A stretch of DNA of 64,000 bases, taken from assembly GCF_964355755.1 (NCBI RefSeq), contig NC_092672.1, forward strand, positions 31,192,437 through 31,256,436. The letters run 5' to 3'. A program made the translations under genes and the position numbers. The first letter of the stretch is position 1. Each line of letters opens with the position of its first letter. The notes below the pieces were generated by a model. That model had not been told where the DNA came from. It made no database searches and worked only from the letters and a program-made list of their open reading frames with translations. Source of the stretch: Antedon mediterranea. Lineage: Eukaryota > Animalia > Echinodermata. Below are positions 1-22,200 of the stretch, in pieces.

Positions 1-129
1 GGTGAGTTGATTAAATATATAAATTTTATTACACAAATCACATTATAATTATATTTCATTAAATAATAAAATAATAGGCCTAGGCCTAGCTAAATTACAA
101 AATTGCAGGTCAATATATAATACACTTAC

Positions 130-335
130 CATTCTCGAGCAAGTGATTTGTACGCACGTTTTATATCTTTCAGGCTAGCAGTCCGGCGAACGCCCAGAAC
201 ATTATAGGGGTTGGGTGTTTCTTCTGCCGCGGCAATAGTTGAGCTGCTTTGGCGTTCGTCGGTTCTGAGCTCGAGGCCTACAAATAGAACTTGATATAAC
301 GCTAAATGGAGAAAAGTTAAACTAAGTCGAGCCAT
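130..335 (-). CDS. DNAJC16: First coding exon of an ER-type DnaJ protein (DNAJC16-like); the gene continues off the left edge
   Basis: Hydrophobic signal peptide followed by the J-domain start NPYNVLGVRRTASLKDIKRAYKSLAREW, then a TG|GTAAGT donor at 129. Closely resembles DNAJC16 (DPYRVLGVSRTASQADIKKAYKKLAREW, recalled). Confidence 0.8.
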
Positions 336-856
336 TTAGTTATATACATTTACTATTTCATTAACTATAGAACGGAAAACATGCTTCACGAAGTGGATAA
401 ATATAGAACAAAAGCATTTATTTATTATGAATATATTCGTGCTGCGCTGCCTACTGAAATTTCTTCGAAGACTGAACAAAATCTTTTCTCAGATCATCTA
501 AACAATAATGTCGCCCTCTATAAATCGTAAACAATCTTCTTTTTCAATTGATCCCCCCGCCGTGTGATGAAAACACAATCCAACTGGCTGACGCTAGCTC
601 GTACCTAGCTGCCTCCTGGGTAGTTGTGCAACTTCCTCATAATAGGCCTAGGAATTGCTGGTAGGTACATATCCTAATTGTTTTCTCAATAATATTAATT
701 ATATATTACTAGATACTGTACTGGCTCCTATTTTACAGTCTCTTTTTAATTTAATTGAGAGTAAGAAAGAATTAAACTTGATTATAAAGAGTATCAATTT
801 CTATTTGGTGTATTTAATTGATTTATTTTAGTATAGAATACTCCTTAAATAATAAT

Positions 857-3800
857 ATGGCTGGAAATGGAGGACAACACCATGAACTATATGGTGGTGC
901 AATGACTGTAATGCTACCTGTAAATTTTGAAGATGTTAGGTGAGTATTAAGCCTGTCACGCCAAATGAGGTGCCACTGCCAAATAATGTAACCGCACTTA
1001 ATTTGGCGTCTATAGACGCCAAATTAAGTACTATTGCAATATTTGCTCCCAAACCCTTCCCACCACCATGCGTCCCGCATGCTATTTGCGATAAACCTTA
1101 TTAATTAGCCACAGTACAAAATGTTGGCATGATACTGTTCTATACAAATTGGTCATTTGTACAGAGCAGGTCCTGCTGTATTGACATCGCTTTTGTGCTA
1201 ACAACAATAACCAGGTTTCACTTCAAAATGTTCACGTCGTATACGAACACAGTTCCGAAATTTGTAAATTTTTCTAAATTTGTTTTTTTCTGTAATTGTG
1301 TTCTAGTCAAATTCGCCAGGTACCTGACAATCAAGAAGTATTTTCACACCCATCAACGGATCAAAGCATCATCATAGAGCTACTAGAATACCAACAAATA
1401 ACAGATGACTTGGCTGCCAAGTAAGTGCACTGTACAAAATAGTACTGGCACAGTTCACAGAAAACTCTGCGTATAATGTATTATTTTCTATCTGCATCTG
1501 ATCGACTGCATTGTAAAGTTTTCTATCAGCACAGGCCGGAAATAAGACGTACAGGCAGCTGATAGAAAACAAGGCATTATGCGTCAATAGCCTCAACACC
1601 AAATATTGACTATCGGCACGACAGAAAAGTTGATATTAATGTACACGCATGGTCGACCAAACCTTTAAAATGCCCTGTTAACTATCCAGCCATAACATAC
1701 AGTAAACTCACCCAAATTACTAATAAATTAATTAATTCACTTGATAATTAACCATACTTGTGTGGTTTATTTGCAGGTATCATTTTCAGGAAATGGCTGG
1801 CAGTAATGAAGCAACAAGTTTTGAAGTAACATCAGAAGAACAAGTGTCAACCAGTGAAGTCACAATGCACCAGTAAGTCACAATTTAAGTCACAATTTAA
1901 GTCAAAATGCACCAGTAAGTCACATTTTAAGTCACAATACACCATTAAGTTACATTGCACCAGTGACAATTTAAGTCACAATGCCCAACAGTAAGTCACA
2001 ATGCCCAACAGTAAGTCACAATACCCAACAGTAAGTCACAATGCCCAACAGTAAGTCACAATACCCAACAGTAAGTCACAATTTAAGTCACAATGCCCAA
2101 CAGTAAGTCACAATGCCCAACAGTAAGTCACAATGCCCAACAGTAAGTCACAATACCCAACAGTAAGTCACAATACCCAACAGTGAGTCACAATGCCCAA
2201 CAGTAAGTCACAATGCCCAACAGTAAGTCACAATGCCCAACAGTAAGTCACAATGCCCAACAGTAAGTCACAATACCCAACAGTGAGTCACAATGCCCAA
2301 CAGTAAGTCACAATGCCCAACAGTAAGTCACAATACCCAACAGTAAGTCACAATACCCAACAGTAAGTCACAATGCCCAACAGTAAGTCACAATACCCAA
2401 CAGTAAGTCACAATGCCCAACAGTAAGTCACAATGCCCAACAGTAAGTCACAATGCCCAACAGTAAGTCACAATGCCCAACAGTAAGTCACAATACCCAA
2501 CAGTGAGTCACAATGCCCAACAGTAAGTCACAATGCCCAACAGTAAGTCACAATACCCAACAGTAAGTCACAATACCCAACAGTAAGTCACAATGCCCAA
2601 CAGTAAGTCACAATACCCAACAGTGAGTCACAATACCCAACAGTAAGTCACAATGCCCAACAGTAAGTCACAATGCCCAACAGTAAGTCACAATACCCAA
2701 CAGTAAGTCACAATGCCCAACAGTAAGTCACAATGCCCAACAGTAAGTCACAATACCCAACAGTGAGTCGCAATGCCCAACAGTAAGTCACAATGCCCAA
2801 CAGTAAGTCACAATACCCAACAGTGAGTCACAATGCCCAACAGTAAGTCACAATGCCCAACAGTAAGTCACAATACCCAACAGTAAGTCACAATACCCAA
2901 CAGTGAGTCACAATGCCCAACAGTGAGTCACAATGCCCAACAGTAAGCCACAATTTAAGTCACAATACCCAACAGTGAGTCACAATGCCCAACAGTGAGT
3001 CACAATGCCCAACAGTAAGTCACAATTTAAGTCACAATGCCCAACAGTAAGTCACAATGCCCAACAGTGAGTCACAATGCCCAACAGTAAGCCACAATTT
3101 AAGTCACAATACCCAACAGTGAGTCACAATGCCCAACAGTAAGTCACAATGCCCAACAGTAAGCCACAATTTAAGTCACAATGCCCAACAGTAAGTCACA
3201 ATGCCCAACAGTAAGTCACAATGCCCAACAGTAAGCCACAATTTAAGTCACAATGCCCAACAGTAAGTCACAATGCCCAACAGTAAGTCACAATGCCCAA
3301 CAGTAAGTCACAATGCCCAACAGTAAGCTACAATTTAAGTCACAATACTCAACAGTGAGTCACAATGCCCAACAGTGAGTCACAATGCCCAACAGTAAGC
3401 CACAATTTAAGTCACAATGCCCAACAGTAAGTCACAATGCCCAACAGTAAGTCACAATGCCCAACAGTAAGTCACAATGCCCAACAGTAAGTCACAATGC
3501 CCAACAGTAAGTCACAATTTAAGTCACAATGCCCAACAGTAAGTCTCAGTTTAAGTAACATTGCCCAACAGTAAGTCACATTGATTCAGATTCAGATAAT
3601 ATTTATTTAGATAATAATGAATGAATATATACAAAATAGAAAAAAGATATTAAAGTGAACATAGATAAAGCAGTAATTGGTAGTCATTATTATCATGGAT
3701 CCCTTCTAGAAGTTAAAAACTTGTCTCGTAGGGACCCATAACAAAACACATTACTAAAAAAAATAAAAATAACCTAGAATATATAATTATATAATTTAGG

Positions 3801-6023
3801 ATAAAAAATTACAGTATAATAACATAACTAACATCTTCTTTATAAAAATTATTTAAATTATATTTCAATAGTTTCATGATAATTATAAATGAAATAACTA
3901 CCGATATTGGTAAATAAAAAAAAAATATGTATACATAAATTATAATTCCAGTATATATATAGTATATACTATATATACATTATATATAGTATAGATTAAA
4001 GATTGCAATAATAAACAACAACTAATATTTTGTGTAAGACATAAATAGTATATGAGTATAAATAATGATAATAAGCATATTAACTAAGCAGTATAATATT
4101 TAGATATATAATGATTCTTTAACTTTTTTCGGAAAGTAAATAATGATATTGACGTTTTGATATTTGGTGGGATATGATTCCACAAATTAGGACCTGATAT
4201 AGTTATAAAAAATTTAGTTTTTGTAAGTCTAGCAAAAGGAATGTTTAAATGAGAAGTTCTTAAATTGTAATTGTGAAATTTGGTACGTTTACAGAGCATA
4301 TCAATCATAGAAATAGGAAGTTGGTTTTTAAAATAATTAAACATAAAACTGGCAACTTGAACATTGTGGATATCCGTTAATTTTAATATACCAAGACGTT
4401 TAAAAAGGGGTTCAGATGAGGTTCTATATGGTGAAAAAGTAATAATTCTAGCTGCACGTTTTTGTAATTTAGTTAATCTAGCAATATTAGAAGAGTAATC
4501 TGCAGCCCAAATAATGTTACAATACTGGAAATAAGGAAGTACAAGTGTGTTATAAAGAGAAATTAAAATATTTAGAGGGAAGAAGTGCTTAAGTCTGTTA
4601 ATAATACTAATAGATCTTGATATTTTTTTCGAAACGTAATTTTGATGACTGGTCCATTTGAGGTTTTCATGAATATATACACCTAAAAAAAGTGTTTCAG
4701 TTTTGCGTTCCAAACAGTAAGTCACAATGCCCAACAGTAAGTCACATTGCCTACAGTAAGTCACAATTTACAAGATCCTTTTTGTAAGTTAAATGTTATC
4801 ACTATTTTTTCATTCATCTACAGATGCTCTAGCATTTGGTTGCTACATGGAAAACAGATGGTGTCAAAGTTCAATGAAGAGGTAGCGATATTCTTATTAC
4901 AGTACAGTACTCTAAAGCCTCTTTCTCACAGGCATCCCAAAATGACAGTATAGAATAAGAGATGCCTGACAAATTCACACCAAAGACATTGTGATACACT
5001 TTACTGCACAAGGCATCACACATCAGACAGGAGATATATAACAGAAGAGAATATTCCAATAATATTACTTGGTCTTGAGCAGGTATGGATGCCTCCTTGA
5101 CCCGTTCTAAAAACCCATACCATCGTGGCATTAGTGTATTTCCCGTATATCCCTGGAACAAGTACAATTTTGTGAGAAAGAGGCTTTATCTAAACATTGC
5201 AAAAATTTAACTTAAATAATATTTGTTTTGCCCATAGATTAGTAGTACAGTAATTAGTTGTGAATATTCTAAATTTTGTATTTTCAGGCTAAAAATGTGT
5301 TAAATGTGAATATAGCCTTATTTCGTCTACCTCAGTATACAACAGATGTTCTTGTGACCTTCAATGACCCTATGCAAATTAAGTAAGTCCAAAAAACACA
5401 TTGATCATACATACATCGCTGTCATACTATTTCCCCTTCAATAATCTAGGTAGGCCCCTTACAAAGATCAAGTTGATATAGCCTAGCTTTACAAACATAC
5501 CTTTCTGCTCCAAGTTTGACAATAACAACTACCTGATAATATCCTTTAGTCTTGCATTTTTTGTATAATAATTAATAATAATAATAATTAAATAAATGAT
5601 TAATTTAGTTCTGTGCATCGCTACACTTGCACACATGTTCTTGATTAAGTTGTCTGTAAGTTGACAAAAATATCTGCACTCTGATTGGCTGAATCTTCAG
5701 AAATTCATTCATGCATGAAAAAAATGATAAATTTGTTTTTTACCATATTGTACAGACCCTTGTCCCCACCAAAAATGTTTTTAAAAGAGGTAGGGGTGGA
5801 GGTAGGAGTTGGGGATGAAACCACAATATTTTGAACTGATATATCTTGTTGTAGATATAATTTTATTTTATTCAACCTAAAATATTTTTATATTACTTTT
5901 TGTAGCCCTGATAGTAGCAGTAGCACAATGCCAACTGGACAGAGGAATGCCTGGACAATGATGCAATTTAAGACGGTCATCTGTACTCTGAACCTCATTG
6001 ACCCTTCACTCTTTACATCTTGA
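857..6023 (+). CDS. RANGRF: Ran guanine nucleotide release factor MOG1; exons 857-939, 1307-1420, 1777-1872, 4824-4881, 5288-5382, 5906-6023
   Basis: Hand-spliced product [55 protein letters not shown]...YHFQEMA...[18 protein letters not shown]...[19 protein letters not shown]...[23 protein letters not shown]. All introns are GT-AG with compatible phases, and the MOG1 motifs VPDNQEVF and RLPQY are present. Confidence 0.92.
1873..3582 (+). repeat. 20-bp minisatellite CAGT(A/G)AGTCACAAT(G/A)CCCAA, roughly 80 units, in RANGRF intron 3; about 3 more units resume at 4711-4770
   Basis: Directly visible tandem array with occasional AATTTAAGTCAC variant units. Confidence 0.97.
3583..4710 (-). mobile_element. 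5'-truncated LINE (CR1/L2-like group): C-terminal part of ORF2 plus 3' UTR
   Basis: ORF 4084-4764 contains [15 protein letters not shown]...[18 protein letters not shown]...LQKRAARII...GPNLWNHIP, typical of the post-RT region. The minus strand ends in AATAAA followed by a (TCTGAA)2 tail at about 3583-3608. Confidence 0.88.
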
Positions 6024-8978
6024 CTTAAACAGAATGGTCAGAATGAAGAAAAAAAATGTGATGTGTCCAAATAGAGGCGGAGGATGTACTCCAACATTAA
6101 GAAGATCGAAAGGTTGAATGTTCGAATCAAGTTGGCTACTATAATAGCTGGTTCAGAGATGTTGCATGAAACTTCTGATCATATAGGCTTACTATTATAG
6201 GCATGCACAAATAACAATTTACTAACATTTCTAAAAGTTATCAGGGGCGGATCCAAGGGAGGCTCCAAGGGAGGCCCAGTCGGCCCGGGCCCCCAATTCT
6301 AATGCTAAAGATAAGACATCAAATTAACCTCAGCCCTTCAACTCGCTATTTTTAGGCCCTCTGCCCCACCTATTTCAAAATCTTGGATCCGCCAATGTTT
6401 ATTAGAGGTGCGTTGCGCTATTTATTCTAGCAACTAATTGGATGTAATATGTATTGAGACAGAAACAACCTTCTAAAAAACAAAATTCAGACATAAAACG
6501 TAGGTTTGAAAAATATTTTAATCTTAAACCAAAATTTTAAGGAGTTATTCAAAATTCGAGAGGTCGGAAGATTTGATGAAACATCGAGAGGCTCCTAGAG
6601 AAATCAGGAGGATTGGAACTTATGTCAAAACGTCAATGCAGTTGATTTTTGACACAATATTCTTACAAACCAAAGGAGAAGGCTAAAATAAGATTTAAAT
6701 ACTGGAAAACAATAAAATATTTATCAAATATTAATACATTGGTCAGTGGGATTAATACAAAACATCTTTGGGACAAAGTGTCTCCTTAATAGGGGTATCC
6801 CACTGTTCAGCTGTTTTAATGTACGTTTTTCTATTTTATGCAGAGAAATAAATACAATCAAAAAATAAACAATATCTTGGAATCGTTATGTTGTTGAAGC
6901 TTACAAATAAAGAGGTTATAACCAAGTAGAGAGTGAACTAGTTCATTGCCAATGGTAAAATAATGTCTTGGTATAATATATCCTATATTTTCATGAGGAT
7001 CATATAAAGCTCTCTACACTATTAAACTGGTTTGACAAAAAAATGTGATGTTCCTAAATATGGTAGTAATATGACATCATCGTATCCATATATGGGCATA
7101 GCATTTTTGTCACCATTTTTTATAGTGTAGACATAGCCTAAGAACGCATTCTCGCGTTAATACGCTGGTGTAATGGTGTGTGACTGAATAGTGAGCGTGA
7201 CTTCACATTGGCATGTCTGATTAGAGTTCAGACTCTAGTTAGTTATGTAACCTCTTTGACAGATAAATGTACTTATAGACACATAATGGTTTTACATCAT
7301 TAATATCTGTTATCAGTTTTTTATCACACACAGTATGGTTTCACAGTGGAATAATGTGTTTTTATGACCTTGAAAGTGATTTCTTTTTTACTATTTTGTA
7401 AAGACATATTTACCAAAAATCAAGGTCTTGTAAATTGACAACACTTTCAAAAAATCATCTGCCTAAAATTGTTGGGAAATTTAAATGAAATAATAAAAAA
7501 AAAAATGTTTTAAAGATAACAATAGCCTCTTATTTCAGATGGAGCAAATAACTTTATAATTATTGCATTTTAAAATGGCGGTATTTGAGCCCTAATCAGA
7601 CATAAGTCTATTTACCAACTCCTTTATTATATACATTGCTAATACAACAGAAACCTCCTTTAGAACACCTCCTTTAGAACACCTCCTTTCCCGTGAAACA
7701 AACAAGGTCACAAAATCTCAAATTTATGCCTAAAAAATGCATTAAATAAAATGCAAAGAAAACTCAACTTCCCAAAAAATACAGACCTCTTCTTAAAACT
7801 AGAAGAAAATATGAGGAAGAACTAAATTCAATTGTTCAAAAAAGATAAATTCCTAATTACTTTACCAATAAAATTTAGTGCTTACAAATTTTAACTTATT
7901 TTATATCAAATAAAAGAGACTCTAATAAACAGAAATGTCAAATACTCTTAATGGAAGTAGACATATTATTATTGTATAAAATATTTACCAAATCTGTGGT
8001 TTTAAAATAATTGGATCTACTTTAAAAATATAAATACCCTGTCATATATCTGTGTATTAAAATAATATTGCATTATATAATATTTAATAAATTGAGGACA
8101 CTAGTATAATAAATGTCCAATTAAATACCCAATTTATCACCCAATTCTAAACCTTCTTTCTATTACCCAGATGTAAAGTACAAAAATATTCCTATTAAAA
8201 GGAAATAGGGAAATACTGAAATATTGATTGAGTTAAGTGAAATACTTAATATTTAGGAGAAATATCTCACCCGAGTGTGATTGGTGAATACGGCCACAGG
8301 GGCCTGGATGTATAGCTATTAGTCTTTATCCAAGAAGACTTGTTCTACCACCAGAACCATGGAGCGAGTGCTGTAAAACCTTGTCGATATTAAGGCAACC
8401 ATTCTCTAAAGCGTGGTTCCCACTAGGACGCAACAGAAGGACATAGATGTTACGTATTAACCCAAAGTGCTGTAAGAACATGCCCTTGCGGGAACGACAT
8501 CAGCATGTTACCGTAGACGTATATTTAACACCATTTTGTGCTTTACAAATTTTATAGTCGCAACTTCTTGATAGATCGGAGTATTTCCTTATTGCATTAT
8601 TACAGGCAGATTTTTAGTGGGAACCAAGCTTTAACCGCTCTTATTGAGGTCTTTTTACATTTATGTTTGTTGGTGTTTTCCTTTAAAGACGGTCTTACTG
8701 AAAAACAACTTTCAGTTGAGTTAAGTATCCGTGATTAAATAAAGCTTATTATTATTATATTATTATTTGGCATCATACATATTTTTTTTTTATTTATTTC
8801 CTACATGAAATATAGTTAAGAAAGAATGTTCTCTCTTTGATATACAATACTGTATGTAAAATATTATTCAAAAAGAAATAATAAATAATTTATATCAAAG
8901 ATGTTTGATATAGTACCATATGCATTATGTAAATAAGCAATAATATTATGTAAGCTGGTTTTATTATGTAAGCCGTTT

Positions 8979-18217
<9,239 letters not shown>

Positions 18218-19283
18218 TTCGGTTAATTAATTACAAAAAAATTGGTTGATTTAGCTCCATTAACTGGTATCCCAATCAAACAGCTGCAGCAGCATGTGTT
18301 TATACCACAACGTAAATAAAAACAAACGTGTAGTAGTAGTTGAGCTTGAGCGGCAAAACAAACGATGGCGCTGTTCAATGAAATTAAAAACAAATGAAAT
18401 GTTCAGTATATTATATTTATATATCTCCCTCGCTTGATTTCGAATACAGTACGTTTTTAAACGAAATTGATTGTTATTAAATAGATACTATTTTATCCAC
18501 AAATAGGCCTATGTCTACTTATTTGTTGTATCACATATTATGATTAGCGCATGGGAAACGCGCGTGTCGTGGACCCATTTAACGCGTGACACTATTATTA
18601 TTGCTGTCAGAGACTTTGGCGATAACAAGTTATGGAAGCTTAGTAGGTGGTGATTTCTAGTAGGCCTACAATCAATTTGAATATACCTAAGTACGCGGTC
18701 TCTCAGACACAAAAAATGTTAGACAATAAACGTTTTGAATTGAATTGACTAATTTAAAAACCTTAAATATCGATTTATTTTTGGTAAATCTATTTAAATA
18801 TCGAATGATTGGAGATTTCAGGATACAGTCACTGGGCCTAATCGCCATGTTGCACGTCACTGAAAAATTCTCTTCTACGTCATGTATGATAATGAAATGT
18901 TCAATTCTTGCCTCCTATTAGATCAATATTTTCTGTTATTGATTTGAAATTTGATCGATCAAAGAATTCGATTCCAGCTTCTAGGTCGAGTAATGATATT
19001 GAATTTACATTCAGATCAGCATAATCGATAAATATTTTACGTTCGAAGTATATTTTGCTAAATTGGAATGTAAATATATTAAAATAATCAATAACAACAT
19101 TGCTCTTGGACAGTTATTGAAGAAACTTGACCCAATAGCCACAATCATTCTCATTACAAATTGAAGCGCAATCGAAGCACCGCCTTAATATCAATAATTC
19201 CCCGATGCACTGCACTTAGTTAGTAGTGCTCTCGAGCCCGTTTTTAGTAGGCCTAAAAGTTATATCAAAGAAGAGGCGTTGAA

Positions 19284-22200
19284 ATGGCAAACTTCTTTGA
19301 AACTAGAATGTTTAAACCAATTGCTTGTATCGCTCTGTTGATGTTAACCCAGTGTTATGGGTATGTGGAATGCGATATAAAGCCACCAAAAACGTCGTCT
19401 TCTCAATTCTACGGTCACCCTAACACAGCAATGTCAAACGAGATTGGCATATTGAATGCGACCCAATTAGAGTGTATGCAGCTTTGTCGAAAGGACGCAC
19501 GTTGCCTAGCTTTTACGTACGCTGCTGATACGCAAGAGTGCGCGACGTTTGATCAGGATAGCCTCACTGGACCGGAACACATGGAGACGGTATCTGGTGT
19601 CTGGTTCTATGACATGCAGGGAAAGAATTTAACCCAGGTAAGAATGGAAGGATTGGTCTCCACTCTATAGAGACGCAACGCAAGAAAGCACAACGTAAGC
19701 GTGGTTCCCACTAGAACGCAACGCAACGTAACGCAGCGACGTATCGACGCAAAGTGATGTATTGCGTAATCGCAAGTGGGAACCGAGAGGAAGAAACATT
19801 GCTGTAAAAATCGCAGGTTTGATTTCACGCAGGTGGAGGCAAACACAATGATTGGAAGGGCATTTTCTTACGTTGCGTAGATTGCGTTACTTTGCGTCGC
19901 AAGTGAGAACCAAGCTTAGGTGATTTGACCAATCTCAAGCGCTGGGTTACAATAGTCGCTTGTCATTGGTCAAACTTACTTGAGTTGCGCGCGTTTACGT
20001 TCTTGCGTTTCGTCCTAGTGGGAACAAAGCTTTATAAACATTACAATTAAATTGATTATTATCATTTTTCATAGATATTTTGTCGTTTTTTATTATCTTG
20101 ATGGTTTGGCTCACCTTTCTACTATGCCAATAAATATTATATATAACCTAATAATATTTATTGGCATATAAAGGTGCGTCAACCCACACCAAGATATCTA
20201 AGTGTTATGTTTAAGATATTTTAATAGAAAGTAATGATGTTTTACTGATTCATTTCCAAGTTTTAGTAAAAATGTTTTACAGACCGTTTTACCACCACGT
20301 TTGTATTGATTCAATTAGTTCAGATCTGTCATTATTTAATATAACATACGGGTTATTCGATAGGATGAGACTACTGTATTGGTAAAGTCAACTATAATTA
20401 TAAGTTATATAAGCACGGTCGACCATGCATGGAAATCAATATCTGAAATAACGATTCATGGTTAGATTAAATTTGAATTATTAATTAAATACAGTATATC
20501 TTTGTACAAAATGTCCGAATCATTTATAGTTACAATACTACGACACGTCTGTTTCGAAAATACGTTCGTAAAGCTATGTCTACACTATCAAACTAGTTTG
20601 ACAAAAAAGTGTGATGTGCCCAAATGTGGTAGTGATATATGCCCAAATATAGTAGTGATATAACATCATCATATCCATATATGGGCACATCACATGGTTT
20701 TTGTCACGTAAATACAAGTTTGATAGTGTAGACAGAGCTTAAGGACGTAAGCGCAAAGTAAGTAATTTGACCAATCACAAGCGATGGATTATTTGAACTA
20801 TCACTTGTCATTGGTCAACTCGCTTACGTTGCATAGTATTTCTAATGGGAACCACGCTTTTTAAACTTAAATGTTATAATGATTTTACAGAGTTACTTTA
20901 AAACTTGCCAAACAAGCAACGGATGTCGAAACGGCGGCTCGTGCATCAACGATTGCTCTGATCTGGGATACAGTTGCGCATGCCGAAAACAATTTTATGG
21001 ACGATTTTGTGAAAATGGTATGTGCATTATTTTTACTGACAAGCCAAATCTATGCTGCTCTACAAAATAAGGGGTATGATCAGCGTGAGCGATGCATGAT
21101 GGGACGGAATTGAGAGAAATAGCGGCCTCACAGTTTTTATTATATATATTAGGCGTGGTAACCGTAAAAATATTAACACTAATACTAACTCTAACATTGG
21201 CATAAGTATTGCATTCAATAATGTTAACAGAATCAAAAACAAATTATATGAAATTAAGAATTTTTTAATTAATTGTAAAATTGACATATTTGGTATTGCC
21301 GAAACTTTTCTTAAATCAAATGAGTCTATAAGGATAAATGGTTTTAAATGGTATGGTAAAAATAGAGTAGGAAAAGGGGGAGGAGGTATTGGCCTACTTG
21401 TCTCAGATAAAGTAACTGTTTTAGATGATAATCTTTATGATTCGTTTTGTGATGACATTGAGAGATGTTGGATTCGTGTTAAAATTTGTGATAAATTGCT
21501 TAATATTGCTGTGGTATATTTTCCAGTAGAGGGGTCTAATCCTGACCTTGCTGATGAACTATATAACCAACTACTCTCTGAAATAATTCAAATTGAAAAT
21601 GAAGTTGAAAATTGTGACCCACTTATCTTAATTGTAGGCGATTTTAATGGCAGAATAGGTAATAATGTAAGTAATGGTGATCCCATAATTAATTCTAATG
21701 GGGAGCGTTTGATAAATTTTAGTATTGACACAGGGCTAAATATTCTAAACTGCTCACAAAAATGTTTTGGAAAGATAACTTGGTTTAGACACCCACACTC
21801 AAGCTGCATTGATTATGTGCTTTCCTCGTGTAGTGTCGATAAATTTATACATAAAATGGTCATCGATGAGGAAAGAAACTACCACATGGGTAGTGACCAT
21901 AATGTGCTACTAGCCTATCTTAAATTTGAATATAATACTAATGTAAAAAATTCGAATGATAATAAACGACAAGTTTGGAATATTAAAAGCGATCAAGACT
22001 GGTCTGCTTACAAAAATTCAATTATTGATAAATTTGACAACATTTGGTTTAATAATAACCTTGAGGATATTAGTGATATAAATTATGGTTGGGAAAAATG
22101 GAAAGATACTCTTATTTCAGTTACTAATAATACAATTGGCTTTAAGGATGTTAAAAGCAAAAGTAAACAATGGTGGGATAAGACAATAGACACTGCCATT

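Noticed and set aside
1873-3582. CRISPR-like array
   Set aside because: Contiguous tandem units with no unique spacers, in a eukaryotic intron, with no cas genes.
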